Assembly: GCA_903895725.1 (NCBI GenBank)
Contig: CAITUV010000043.1
Location: 11,298-75,297, forward strand
Origin: an uncultured Myxococcales bacterium
Lineage (GTDB): Bacteria > Myxococcota_A > UBA9042 > CAIXZC01
DNA: 64,000 nt
Direction: 5' to 3'
The notes under the pieces were generated by a model. That model did not search any database, had not been told where the DNA came from, and worked only from the letters and a program-made list of their open reading frames with translations. A program made the translations under genes and the position numbers. Below are positions 27,680 to 35,161 of the stretch, one piece after another (position 1 is the first letter of the stretch; every line of letters starts with the position of its first letter).

Positions 27680-28987
27680 ATGAAGCTTGCGATTGTGGGG
27701 ACGGGCTATGTGGGCCTTGTGGCAGGCGTCGGATTCGCCGAGAGCGGGAACGACGTCATCTGTGTGGACAAGCTGCCCGAGAAGGTGCGCTCACTCTCGG
27801 AAGGGCGGGTGACCATCCACGAGCCGGGGGTCGAGGCATTGCTCCAGCGGAACCTCGCGGAGGGGCGTCTCTCTTTCACCACGGACCTCGAGCATGCCGT
27901 TCGGAATTCTTACGTGATCTTTATCGCGGTGGGAACTCCTCCCGGTGAGGACGGCTCTGCTGACCTCAGCCACGTGCTCGACGTTGCCGAGGGGATCGGC
28001 CGCTACATGGACGGCTACCGGGTCGTCGTGTCCAAGAGCACGGTCCCGGTCGGGACTTCCGAGAAGATCCGGGCGAAGATTGAGAGTTTGACCTCTCACC
28101 CGTTCGATGTGGTCTCCAACCCGGAGTTCCTCAAGGAAGGGGCCGCGCTGGGCGATTTCATGAAGCCGGACCGGATCGTCGTCGGCACCCGGTCGGAGAG
28201 AGCCCGGGAAGTGCTCAAGGAGCTTTACTCGCCGTTCCTGCGCACCATGAACCCCCTCCTCTTCATGGACGAGCGCAGCGCAGAAATGACGAAGTACGCG
28301 TGCAACGCCATGCTTGCTGCCCGTATCTCGTTCGTCAACGAGATCGCCAATCTGTGCGACCTGGTTGGAGCGGACGTGCACATGGTGCGCATGGGCATGG
28401 GCACCGATCCCCGCATTGGCAACAAGTTCCTGTTCCCCGGCATCGGTTACGGCGGTTCCTGCTTCCCCAAGGACGTGGCCGCGCTCATGAAGACCGGGCA
28501 GGAGCACGGCTATCCCCTGCGCGTGCTCGAGGCGGTCCACTCGGTCAACGATTCGCAGCGCAAGCTCATGGCCCGCAAGTGTATCCTCCATTTCGGGGGC
28601 CGGCTGCATGGGATCACCATCGCCGTGTGGGGGCTGGCGTTCAAGGCCAACACCGATGACATGCGGGAGGCCCCGGCCGCCGTCATCATCCGGGAGTTGC
28701 TCGACCACGGTGCCCGAGTCGTGGCGTTCGACCCGGCTGCCATGAGCTCGGCCCGGGAGATCTTCGGCGATACCATCGGCTACGCCCAGACCGCGTACCA
28801 GGCGGTCGAGGGGGCGGACGGCCTCATTGTCGCCACCGAGTGGAACGAGTTCCGGACCCCCGACTTCCCCAGGATGCGGCGTCTCATGGCCGGCAACGTC
28901 CTGTTCGACGGACGCAACCTCTACAGCCCGGAGCGCATGAAGGAGTACGGTTTCCGATACTACTCCATCGGGAGAGGGGTGAGCTGA
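27680..28987 (+). CDS. ugd: UDP-glucose 6-dehydrogenase
   Basis: N-terminal Rossmann MKLAIVGTGYVGLVAG; catalytic Cys motif GIGYGGSCFPKDV; C-terminal UDP-binding domain. Confidence 0.9.
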   Translation: MKLAIVGTGYVGLVAGVGFAESGNDVICVDKLPEKVRSLSEGRVTIHEPGVEALLQRNLAEGRLSFTTDLEHAVRNSYVIFIAVGTPPGEDGSADLSHVLDVAEGIGRYMDGYRVVVSKSTVPVGTSEKIRAKIESLTSHPFDVVSNPEFLKEGAALGDFMKPDRIVVGTRSERAREVLKELYSPFLRTMNPLLFMDERSAEMTKYACNAMLAARISFVNEIANLCDLVGADVHMVRMGMGTDPRIGNKFLFPGIGYGGSCFPKDVAALMKTGQEHGYPLRVLEAVHSVNDSQRKLMARKCILHFGGRLHGITIAVWGLAFKANTDDMREAPAAVIIRELLDHGARVVAFDPAAMSSAREIFGDTIGYAQTAYQAVEGADGLIVATEWNEFRTPDFPRMRRLMAGNVLFDGRNLYSPERMKEYGFRYYSIGRGVS

Positions 28988-28990
28988 GTC

Positions 28991-29674
28991 ATGTCGTCGC
29001 GCCTCTTCCGGCCATCTGTTGCACCGCATGCCGTTTCGCTGATCGGCGATCGGCCGCGGTTGCCCCTCCCGCGTGGTCGGGGCTGTGTGCCGCCAGCATG
29101 GAAGACCGCTGATGATTGCCGCTTCACGAGGTTTCGGTTGGTGGCGGCAGTCGCCTGCCTGGCCGTCGCTTCCTGCTCCCCGCCTCCGGTGTACCGGATG
29201 GTCCTGCCCCAGGTGTCGGCCTCCAACTACTTCGTCGGCCCTGACCTCGAGGTCGTGTTCGAATTCGGTGAAAGGCACATCGAGGTTACCCTCAACAATA
29301 CCGGGGAGGGGGATGTCCTCATCGACTGGGCTCAGACCAGCCTGGTGCGCCCCGATGGCGTGGCAACGGCCCTGCTGCCGGCAACGGTCTCGTCGGTCCA
29401 GACGTTGCCGTCGGGGAGTCGCAGCACCATGCGCCTGAAGCCGGCCGACTGGCTGCTGCCTCCGCCGACTCTCTGGCACCGCCGGGCCAATCTGAGATAC
29501 CGGCTCGTTCCGGATCCTGTTTTCCAGCAGTGCGTGCCGATGGTTCGGGTCGCGGTACCGGTCAAGCGATTCCTGGGAGAGCGGGTGCTCAGCGAAGTGC
29601 TCCAGTTCTCGTTCCAGGTATCCCAGGGCGGCGACGTCCAGCCGGAGGGGGGTGAGAATGATCTCCCCTTCTAG
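28991..29674 (+). CDS. hypothetical protein (possible lipoprotein; N-terminus uncertain)
   Basis: ORF 28991..29674; ATG 28991 after GGAGAGGGG; hydrophobic/lipobox-like segment FRLVAAVACLAVASC about 45 codons in; a repeat element (29071..29130) lies inside the annotated 5' end, so the true start may be TTG/GTG near 29138..29141. Confidence 0.45.
   Translation: MSSRLFRPSVAPHAVSLIGDRPRLPLPRGRGCVPPAWKTADDCRFTRFRLVAAVACLAVASCSPPPVYRMVLPQVSASNYFVGPDLEVVFEFGERHIEVTLNNTGEGDVLIDWAQTSLVRPDGVATALLPATVSSVQTLPSGSRSTMRLKPADWLLPPPTLWHRRANLRYRLVPDPVFQQCVPMVRVAVPVKRFLGERVLSEVLQFSFQVSQGGDVQPEGGENDLPF
29071..29130. repeat. about 60-bp interspersed repeat element, copy A
   Basis: gcgtggtcggggctgtgtgccgccagcatggaagaccgctgatgattgccgcttcacgagg closely matches 57445..57503. 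Confidence 0.6.
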
Positions 29675-30320
29675 GAACCCGGTTTCGATGGTGGTCCTTC
29701 TGCCCGTGCTGGCCGTGGCGCTCTGGTCGTCTCCTGCGCTGGGCCAGGGGGATTGCCGCATCCCGGGAACCGGCGAAGACTCGGTCTGGGTCTCGGTGGC
29801 CCCTCTGGCCGGCGTGTCGATTACCATTCCGACCGCGGATCCGATGAGCGTCCGAAGGACGGCCCTTGCATTCGGCGGGGAGGTCACGCTCAATCTCCCG
29901 AAGCGCTTTGCGGTCGGTGCGCAGGTCAGCTACGCCCACTTCGACGGGCAGATGTCGCTGGTGCAGTGGGTGAGCCACATGGACATGCTGGCCGTCGGTC
30001 ACATCCCGCTCATCGTCACGGAGCGGTTTGACTGGATCCTTCTGGCCGCGGCGGGCACGAGCCTCGTGCGCAAGCAGTTCCTGCACAACCCGAAGCCGCA
30101 CGTCTCCGACTCGGGAGAGGTCACGTACTCCGGGGAGGTGCGTCGGGGCAACATCTGGACCCTCACGGGGGGTCTGGGGACCCGGCTGGTCGTCTACCCC
30201 GCGGACCCGGTCGGAATCTTTGCGCAGGCGCTGGTGACCTATGCGTACTTCAAGGCGCTCGAGCGGAGCGAAGGGCCCTGTACGGCCCAGATCACGGGCG
30301 GCGTCGAAGTCCACTTCTGA
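29658..30320 (+). CDS. probable small outer-membrane beta-barrel protein
   Basis: ORF 29652..30320; ATG 29658; signal peptide MISPSRNPVSMVVLLPVLAVALWSSPALGQG; alternating hydrophobic pattern; C-terminal aromatic residue (GGVEVHF) typical of OMP barrels. Confidence 0.5.
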   Translation: MISPSRNPVSMVVLLPVLAVALWSSPALGQGDCRIPGTGEDSVWVSVAPLAGVSITIPTADPMSVRRTALAFGGEVTLNLPKRFAVGAQVSYAHFDGQMSLVQWVSHMDMLAVGHIPLIVTERFDWILLAAAGTSLVRKQFLHNPKPHVSDSGEVTYSGEVRRGNIWTLTGGLGTRLVVYPADPVGIFAQALVTYAYFKALERSEGPCTAQITGGVEVHF

Positions 30321-30365
30321 ATTGATTGCCGACGAGCAGGTTGTTTCGGAGCAGGCCTTGGGCCC

Positions 30366-31379
30366 CTACTGGGCATCCAGGAGGACTCGATTCTTCCCTT
30401 CCCGCTTGGCCTGGTAGAGGACGCGGTCGGCCCTCTCGAGCATCTCTTTGGAGCCGGAATCCTCGGCGACGAACTGGGCGATTCCGCCGGAAATGGTCAT
30501 GCGCAGTGGCGTTCCGTCGGGCTTCACGATGCAGTCGAGGCCCTCGATGCGTGACCGGATGCGTTCCCCCATGGTCACGGCGGACTTCGCGGGCGTGTTG
30601 GGCAGAATCACGATGAATTCCTCACCCCCGATGCGGCCGACCACGTCGACCTGCCGCACGTCCTTGCGAAGGCTCTGGGCGATTGCGACGAGCACCTCGT
30701 CCCCGGTCTGATGGCCCAGGGTATCGTTGACCATCTTGAAGTTGTCCAGGTCGAGAAGAACGACCGAGAGCGGGGGGCCGTAACGACGGGCCCGGGCGGT
30801 CTCCTCTTCGAGCTTCTCTTCGATGTAGCGCCGGTTGTACAGGCCGGTCAGCGGGTCGCGCGTCGCCAACCGCTCGAGCTGTCGGTTCTGGTCCTCGAGT
30901 TGTCGGGTCCGCTCCGATACCAGGGCCTCGAGGGTCCGATTCTGGAGCTCGAGCTGCGTGAGAGCCTGGTCCCGCTGCCGGATGAGCGTACAGAGCTGGG
31001 AGAACTGCGAGATATGGGCCATGAGCCGTCCCGGCGAGATCGGCTTCTCGAGGAACCCGTTGACCTGACCCTCGTTGATTGCCTTGACCAGCCGTTCGTT
31101 GTCGACCCAGGCACTCATGAGCAGCCGGACGGTCCCGGGAGCCGACTGGCGGATGGTTGCCAGGAGCTCAACGCCCCCCGGCTCCGGCAACCGATCGTCC
31201 ACCAGCGCGATGTCGAATCGCACACTCTCGATCAGTCTCCTGGCCTCTGCAAAGGAGCCGGCAATACGGACGTCGAAGTACGGAGCCAGCAATTGGGAGA
31301 ACGAGAAGCGGACCGCCGGCTCGTCGTCCACCACCAGCAGGGTCAGGCGTTCCTTGGTTGCGTTCAGTTCTTCAGACAC
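30366..31379 (-). CDS. response regulator receiver domain fused to GGDEF diguanylate cyclase (PleD-like)
   Basis: ORF 30366..31613; start placed at GTG (plus 31377..31379) after AGGGGGG, alternative ATG 31412; REC motifs (LLVVDDEP, IALVDDRLP); GGDEF active site RIGGEEF. Confidence 0.8.
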   Translation of the reverse strand: MSEELNATKERLTLLVVDDEPAVRFSFSQLLAPYFDVRIAGSFAEARRLIESVRFDIALVDDRLPEPGGVELLATIRQSAPGTVRLLMSAWVDNERLVKAINEGQVNGFLEKPISPGRLMAHISQFSQLCTLIRQRDQALTQLELQNRTLEALVSERTRQLEDQNRQLERLATRDPLTGLYNRRYIEEKLEEETARARRYGPPLSVVLLDLDNFKMVNDTLGHQTGDEVLVAIAQSLRKDVRQVDVVGRIGGEEFIVILPNTPAKSAVTMGERIRSRIEGLDCIVKPDGTPLRMTISGGIAQFVAEDSGSKEMLERADRVLYQAKREGKNRVLLDAQ

Positions 31380-33577
31380 CAGTAGTACCCCCCTTCGGCA
31401 TACCAGCCGCATTGCCAGGTCGGTCCCAGGTTGGCGCACGGGAACTCCTGGAGCACTCCGTTCTGGCACCACTTCACCACGTTGCCATCGCACTTCCCGA
31501 TGTAGTCGATGTCGCCGCAGTAGCCCTGGCCGTAGACGCACTGGTTCTTGTCGTTGCACATCATCGTCGACGGGCAGTAGCCGCACACGTAGCCGCAGCC
31601 GTCGTCTCCACATTCCTTCTCATCGCAGTTCGGCACGCACGGAGTTTCGTAGCAGCCGTATACGAACAGGTTGGGCACCCAGCCGCACTGCCAGTACTGG
31701 CCGAGCCCCTTGCAGTCCTGGAAGTAAACCTTTCCTGCCTCGCACCAGACGACGGTGTCGCCCTGGCAGGCCGGCTTCTCGCTGTAACCACCGCACCCGC
31801 CCTGGGTTCCCTGGCAGACGTTGTCCTTGCATTCGGTCCCGGCCGGGCACTGGCCGCATGTGCCTCCGCAGCCGTCATCCCCGCACTGCTTCCCGCTGCA
31901 GCTCGGGACGCACGGGCCTTCGCAGTAGTAGGGGAACTCATCGGGGCCCTTGGTCTCCTCCGCCACGCAGTCGTAGAACTTGAACTCCGGGTTCCAGCCG
32001 CACTTCTGCTTTGCGGGGTCCACCAGCGTTGAACAGTCCATGTACCAGAGCACCCCGTTGTCGCACCACAGCACCGAGCTGCCGGAGCAGCACCCATGGT
32101 AGGTGACGTCGCCGCAAGGTCCCTGGCCGATGCAGAGACCATTCGGGTCGCACGTCTGCCCGGGCTGGCACTTGCCGCAGCTCCCGCCGCAGCCGTCGTC
32201 GCCGCACACTTTGTTTGCACAATCCGGCACGCACTCGCCGTGGGGGTTGCAACCGTAGGCCTTGGTCGCCTCCAGCCATTCACATACCACGTTCTTCCCC
32301 ATGGACTTGCAGTTGGTCACCTGCAGCTTACCGGCATTGCAGGTGAGCAGGTTGTTCCCGTCGCACCAGCCGGCCGGACCGATTCCCATGCAGTCGCCAC
32401 CGGCCGTCGCACAGCTCCCTGCGTCGACGCAGTACTTCCCGCTCGGGCATGTTCCGCATGACCCCCCGCAGCCGTCCGAGCCGCACTCCTTCCCCTCGCA
32501 GTCCGGTGCCACGCAGTCAGACACGCACAGGCCCTGTGCCGAGCACCAGCCCCAAGGAGGACACTTGCCGCAGCTCCCGCCGCAGCCATCCGGACCGCAC
32601 TCCTTGCCCAGGCAGGACGGCTCGCACACGATCTTGCACTGCCCTTCGGTGCACTTCTCGCCCGGAAGGCAGGTGCCGCAGCTCCCGCCGCAGCCATCAT
32701 CGCCGCACTTCTTCCCCGCACAGCTCGGGTTGCACGGCTCCGAGCACTTGAAATCCTTGCACTGGTAGCCGAACTTGCACGCACCGCAGCTCCCGCCGCA
32801 GCCGTTGTCACCGCATTCCTTGTTCTCGCACACCGGAACGCACAGGGTGCACTTCCCCTCGGGGCCGCACCCCTTGCCCTGAGGGCAGTCGCCGCAGCTC
32901 CCGCCGCAGCCGTCCGGGCCGCACTCCAGACCTTCGCAGTCCGGAGAGCAGACCGGCACGCACTGGTTGTACTTGCCGCACTCGTGCCCCTCGGGACAGG
33001 TTCCGCACTCGCCCCCGCAGCCGTCATCGCCGCACAGCTTCCCCTTGCACTCCGGCATGCAGCACTCGCCGGTTCCCTCGATGCACACGAAGTCCTTGGG
33101 GCATTCGCCGCACGTGCCGCCGCAGCCGTCCGGGCCGCAGTTCTTGCCGTTGCAGTCGGGAATGCAGATGTCCAGGAATCCTTCCGGTCCCACACCGTCC
33201 GGCCCGCCCCCATCGGGCGAGACGTCGTCGGCTCCGCCATCCCCCGGGGAGTCGACGTCCGGGGACTCGATCTCCGCCACGTCACCGTCCTGTGTGAGGC
33301 ACTTCCCATCCTTGCAGCCGAACGCACACTCCAGGCTGACCTTCCACCAGAGCTTGCCCTGGCCGTCCAGCGAGCAGCGCAGCACGACCCACCGATCTCC
33401 TTCACCCGGGGCGCATTCCTGCTTGCCGAGTTCAGCACAGGCCGTGTCGGCCACCGGGTAGGTCGTCACCTGGGAAGGATCCTTGCTGCCACACGCTGCG
33501 ACGAGCATTCCGGCCGTCGCCAGGAGCAGGCTCATCCCGAAAGGAACCACATTCCTCAGAACGCGGTCGATCGCCAT
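31364..33577 (-). CDS. cysteine-rich tandem-repeat lipoprotein (about ten CxPxCxGKxCGxDGCGGxCGxC modules)
   Basis: C-terminal 737 codons of ORF 31364..34525 from ATG (plus cat 33575..33577) after GGAGGTG RBS; lipoprotein signal MAIDRVLRNVVPFGMSLLLATAGMLVAAC; about ten repeats such as CIPDCNGKNCGPDGCGGTCGECP, CMPECKGKLCGDDGCGGECGTCP. Confidence 0.75.
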   Translation of the reverse strand: MAIDRVLRNVVPFGMSLLLATAGMLVAACGSKDPSQVTTYPVADTACAELGKQECAPGEGDRWVVLRCSLDGQGKLWWKVSLECAFGCKDGKCLTQDGDVAEIESPDVDSPGDGGADDVSPDGGGPDGVGPEGFLDICIPDCNGKNCGPDGCGGTCGECPKDFVCIEGTGECCMPECKGKLCGDDGCGGECGTCPEGHECGKYNQCVPVCSPDCEGLECGPDGCGGSCGDCPQGKGCGPEGKCTLCVPVCENKECGDNGCGGSCGACKFGYQCKDFKCSEPCNPSCAGKKCGDDGCGGSCGTCLPGEKCTEGQCKIVCEPSCLGKECGPDGCGGSCGKCPPWGWCSAQGLCVSDCVAPDCEGKECGSDGCGGSCGTCPSGKYCVDAGSCATAGGDCMGIGPAGWCDGNNLLTCNAGKLQVTNCKSMGKNVVCEWLEATKAYGCNPHGECVPDCANKVCGDDGCGGSCGKCQPGQTCDPNGLCIGQGPCGDVTYHGCCSGSSVLWCDNGVLWYMDCSTLVDPAKQKCGWNPEFKFYDCVAEETKGPDEFPYYCEGPCVPSCSGKQCGDDGCGGTCGQCPAGTECKDNVCQGTQGGCGGYSEKPACQGDTVVWCEAGKVYFQDCKGLGQYWQCGWVPNLFVYGCYETPCVPNCDEKECGDDGCGYVCGYCPSTMMCNDKNQCVYGQGYCGDIDYIGKCDGNVVKWCQNGVLQEFPCANLGPTWQCGWYAEGGYYWCLKN

Positions 33578-33615
33578 GCTGCACCTCCGGACACAACTCT
33601 GACATTGTACCTTGC

Positions 33616-33629
33616 GCCCGTGCACGGGC
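33616..33629. promoter_or_regulatory. perfect 14-bp palindrome GCCCGTGCACGGGC in a divergent intergenic region (candidate operator)
   Basis: Self-complementary 14-mer centred between the divergently transcribed Cys-rich lipoprotein gene (start 33577) and the plus-strand gene starting at 33716. Confidence 0.35.
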
Positions 33630-33715
33630 AAGACATTTGATGCCGCTCCGGCCCTCGGCGTTTCTTGCCCGCCGCCGGAAGCGGTGTTACACAGGGAGAA
33701 AGGGGGGAAGTGGCC

Positions 33716-35044
33716 ATGAGGTTCCAACAACGAGTCGCAGCGGTTGCAGCCGTTTCCGGTCTGCTTTGCACCTTCCTGCCGACCTTTGCAGCGAATGCCG
33801 CCATCTGGACCGCATCGGCAGCGGTGAAGGGGAGCTCGGTGGAGGTGGCCGTCACCGTCCGCCTCTCGGGCTGCGCCGGCGTCGGGCGGGTCGAAAGGCA
33901 GGTCGACGGGGAGGAGCCGTTCGTCGTGTGGCTGGGCGACGATGCGCATGCGGTCGACACGGCGGAACCCTTTGATTCCTGCAAGTGCGAGCCTCTCGGT
34001 ACGGCCTGGGGTACCGGCATGAAGAGCTGCCCCGAGGAGCAGTGCGGCAAGGACGACCAGTGCGTGTGCACTGAGCTGTGCGTTCCAGTCGTGGACTCGT
34101 GCCCCCCTCCGGGCATGCTGGAGTACAAGGTGTTCGACCGGGAAGGTGCGGAAGCAGTTTCGACCCAGTTGTTCGTGCCCGACCTTTTGCCGGGGTGCAA
34201 GGCCCCGGAGAACCCCGGTCCCGTCGTTGCCGAGCCCGCTCCCGGAGATGGGGGCGGGTGCCAGACGGCCTCCAGGCCCTCGTCCCCGCTGACGGTGGTG
34301 CTCGGGGCGCTGCTTCTGGGGGTGCTGCGGTGGGGGCGGCGGCGGGGAAGAAGGGGAATAGGACGAATAGGACGCATAGGACGCATAGGACGCATAGGAC
34401 GCATAGGACGCATAGGACGCATAGGACGCATAGGGGGCATAGGACGCCGCCGCCCCGGAGTGCGTGACGACGCTTGCGAGCCGGGGCTGCCGGTGCGGGC
34501 GAGCCTGGGTGGGCCCACGGCTCACGGCTCACTGCCCACGGCTCACGGCTCACTGCCCACGGCTCACGGCTCACTGCCCACGGCTCACGGCTCACTGCCC
34601 ACGGCTCACTGCTCACTGCCCGGGGCCCTTCTCGCATCCCTTCTCCTGGCTGCGGGGTGTGCGCGGGGCAAGAAGGACGAGAAGGTCGTTGCCGCGCCTC
34701 AGCCCCCTCAGCCGGTTGAATCGAGCGTCGAAGGGACTCCGTTCGAGGTGGTCGTCACGACGCAGACCGAGCTGCTCGACCTGTTCGAGACCGGAACGTC
34801 GGCCGAATCCGTTCTCTGGCGGGGCGACCGCTTCCGCAAGAAGCGGGCGGACCAGTTCGCCAAGGACTGTCGCCTCGCCCTCGACTTCTACTCCGAGGAT
34901 GCCGCAAACCGCATGCTGATCCTGGCCAGTGCGGGCAGGGTATGGACCGTTGTCGAGCAGCGGGTCAAGGTGCTCTCGAAGGAGTGGAGCCCGGCGCAGC
35001 GCCGCCAGGCGGACGTCCTCCTCGACCAGTTCGCTTGCCGGTGA
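33716..35044 (+). CDS. hypothetical secreted protein: N-terminal domain ending in a MYXO-CTERM-like segment, joined in frame through two tandem-repeat arrays to a lipoprotein-like C-terminal domain
   Basis: ORF 33665..35044; ATG 33716 after GAGAAAGGGGGG; signal peptide MRFQQRVAAVAAVSGLLCTFLPTFAANA; GDGGGCQTASRPSSPLTVVLGALLLGVLRWGRRRGRRG resembles a MYXO-CTERM tail; then (IGR)n and (PTAHGSL)n repeats; then LLASLLLAAGC lipobox-like segment; may be two genes or a fusion. Confidence 0.45.
   Translation: MRFQQRVAAVAAVSGLLCTFLPTFAANAAIWTASAAVKGSSVEVAVTVRLSGCAGVGRVERQVDGEEPFVVWLGDDAHAVDTAEPFDSCKCEPLGTAWGTGMKSCPEEQCGKDDQCVCTELCVPVVDSCPPPGMLEYKVFDREGAEAVSTQLFVPDLLPGCKAPENPGPVVAEPAPGDGGGCQTASRPSSPLTVVLGALLLGVLRWGRRRGRRGIGRIGRIGRIGRIGRIGRIGRIGRIGGIGRRRPGVRDDACEPGLPVRASLGGPTAHGSLPTAHGSLPTAHGSLPTAHGSLPTAHCSLPGALLASLLLAAGCARGKKDEKVVAAPQPPQPVESSVEGTPFEVVVTTQTELLDLFETGTSAESVLWRGDRFRKKRADQFAKDCRLALDFYSEDAANRMLILASAGRVWTVVEQRVKVLSKEWSPAQRRQADVLLDQFACR
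34357..34446. repeat. 9-bp tandem repeat (CATAGGACG-like) x10
   Basis: Ten contiguous 9-nt units at 34357..34446; in the plus ORF frame they encode (R-I-G)n; the other two plus-strand frames carry TAG per unit or encode (RT)(HRT)n (acg-cat-agg, stop-free). Confidence 0.9.
34516..34620. repeat. 21-bp tandem repeat (CACGGCTCACGGCTCACTGCC) x5
   Basis: Five contiguous 21-nt units, the last a variant; encode (PTAHGSL)n in the plus ORF frame. Confidence 0.9.
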
Positions 35045-35161
35045 GTCTTTGAGCGGCTCCGACCTCAGGGCATGACGCTCGCAATTCGGCCTCAGCACAG
35101 GACTCTCAGTGCGTTGCGTTCGGCGCAGAGCTCTCAGGGAGCTGGTCTAAGGACAAGACGT

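Noticed and set aside
34357-34620. Possible CRISPR array
   Set aside because: Units are short (9 and 21 bp) and contiguous with no unique spacers; no cas genes in the window; these are simple tandem repeats.
33852-34637. Minus-strand ORF translating the repeats as (REPWAVS)n and (CVL)n, and the 5' part of minus ORF 31364..34525 with (YAS)n
   Set aside because: Products are pure repeat translations without domains; the Cys-rich lipoprotein has a strong RBS, ATG and signal peptide at 33577, so the upstream extension is not coding.
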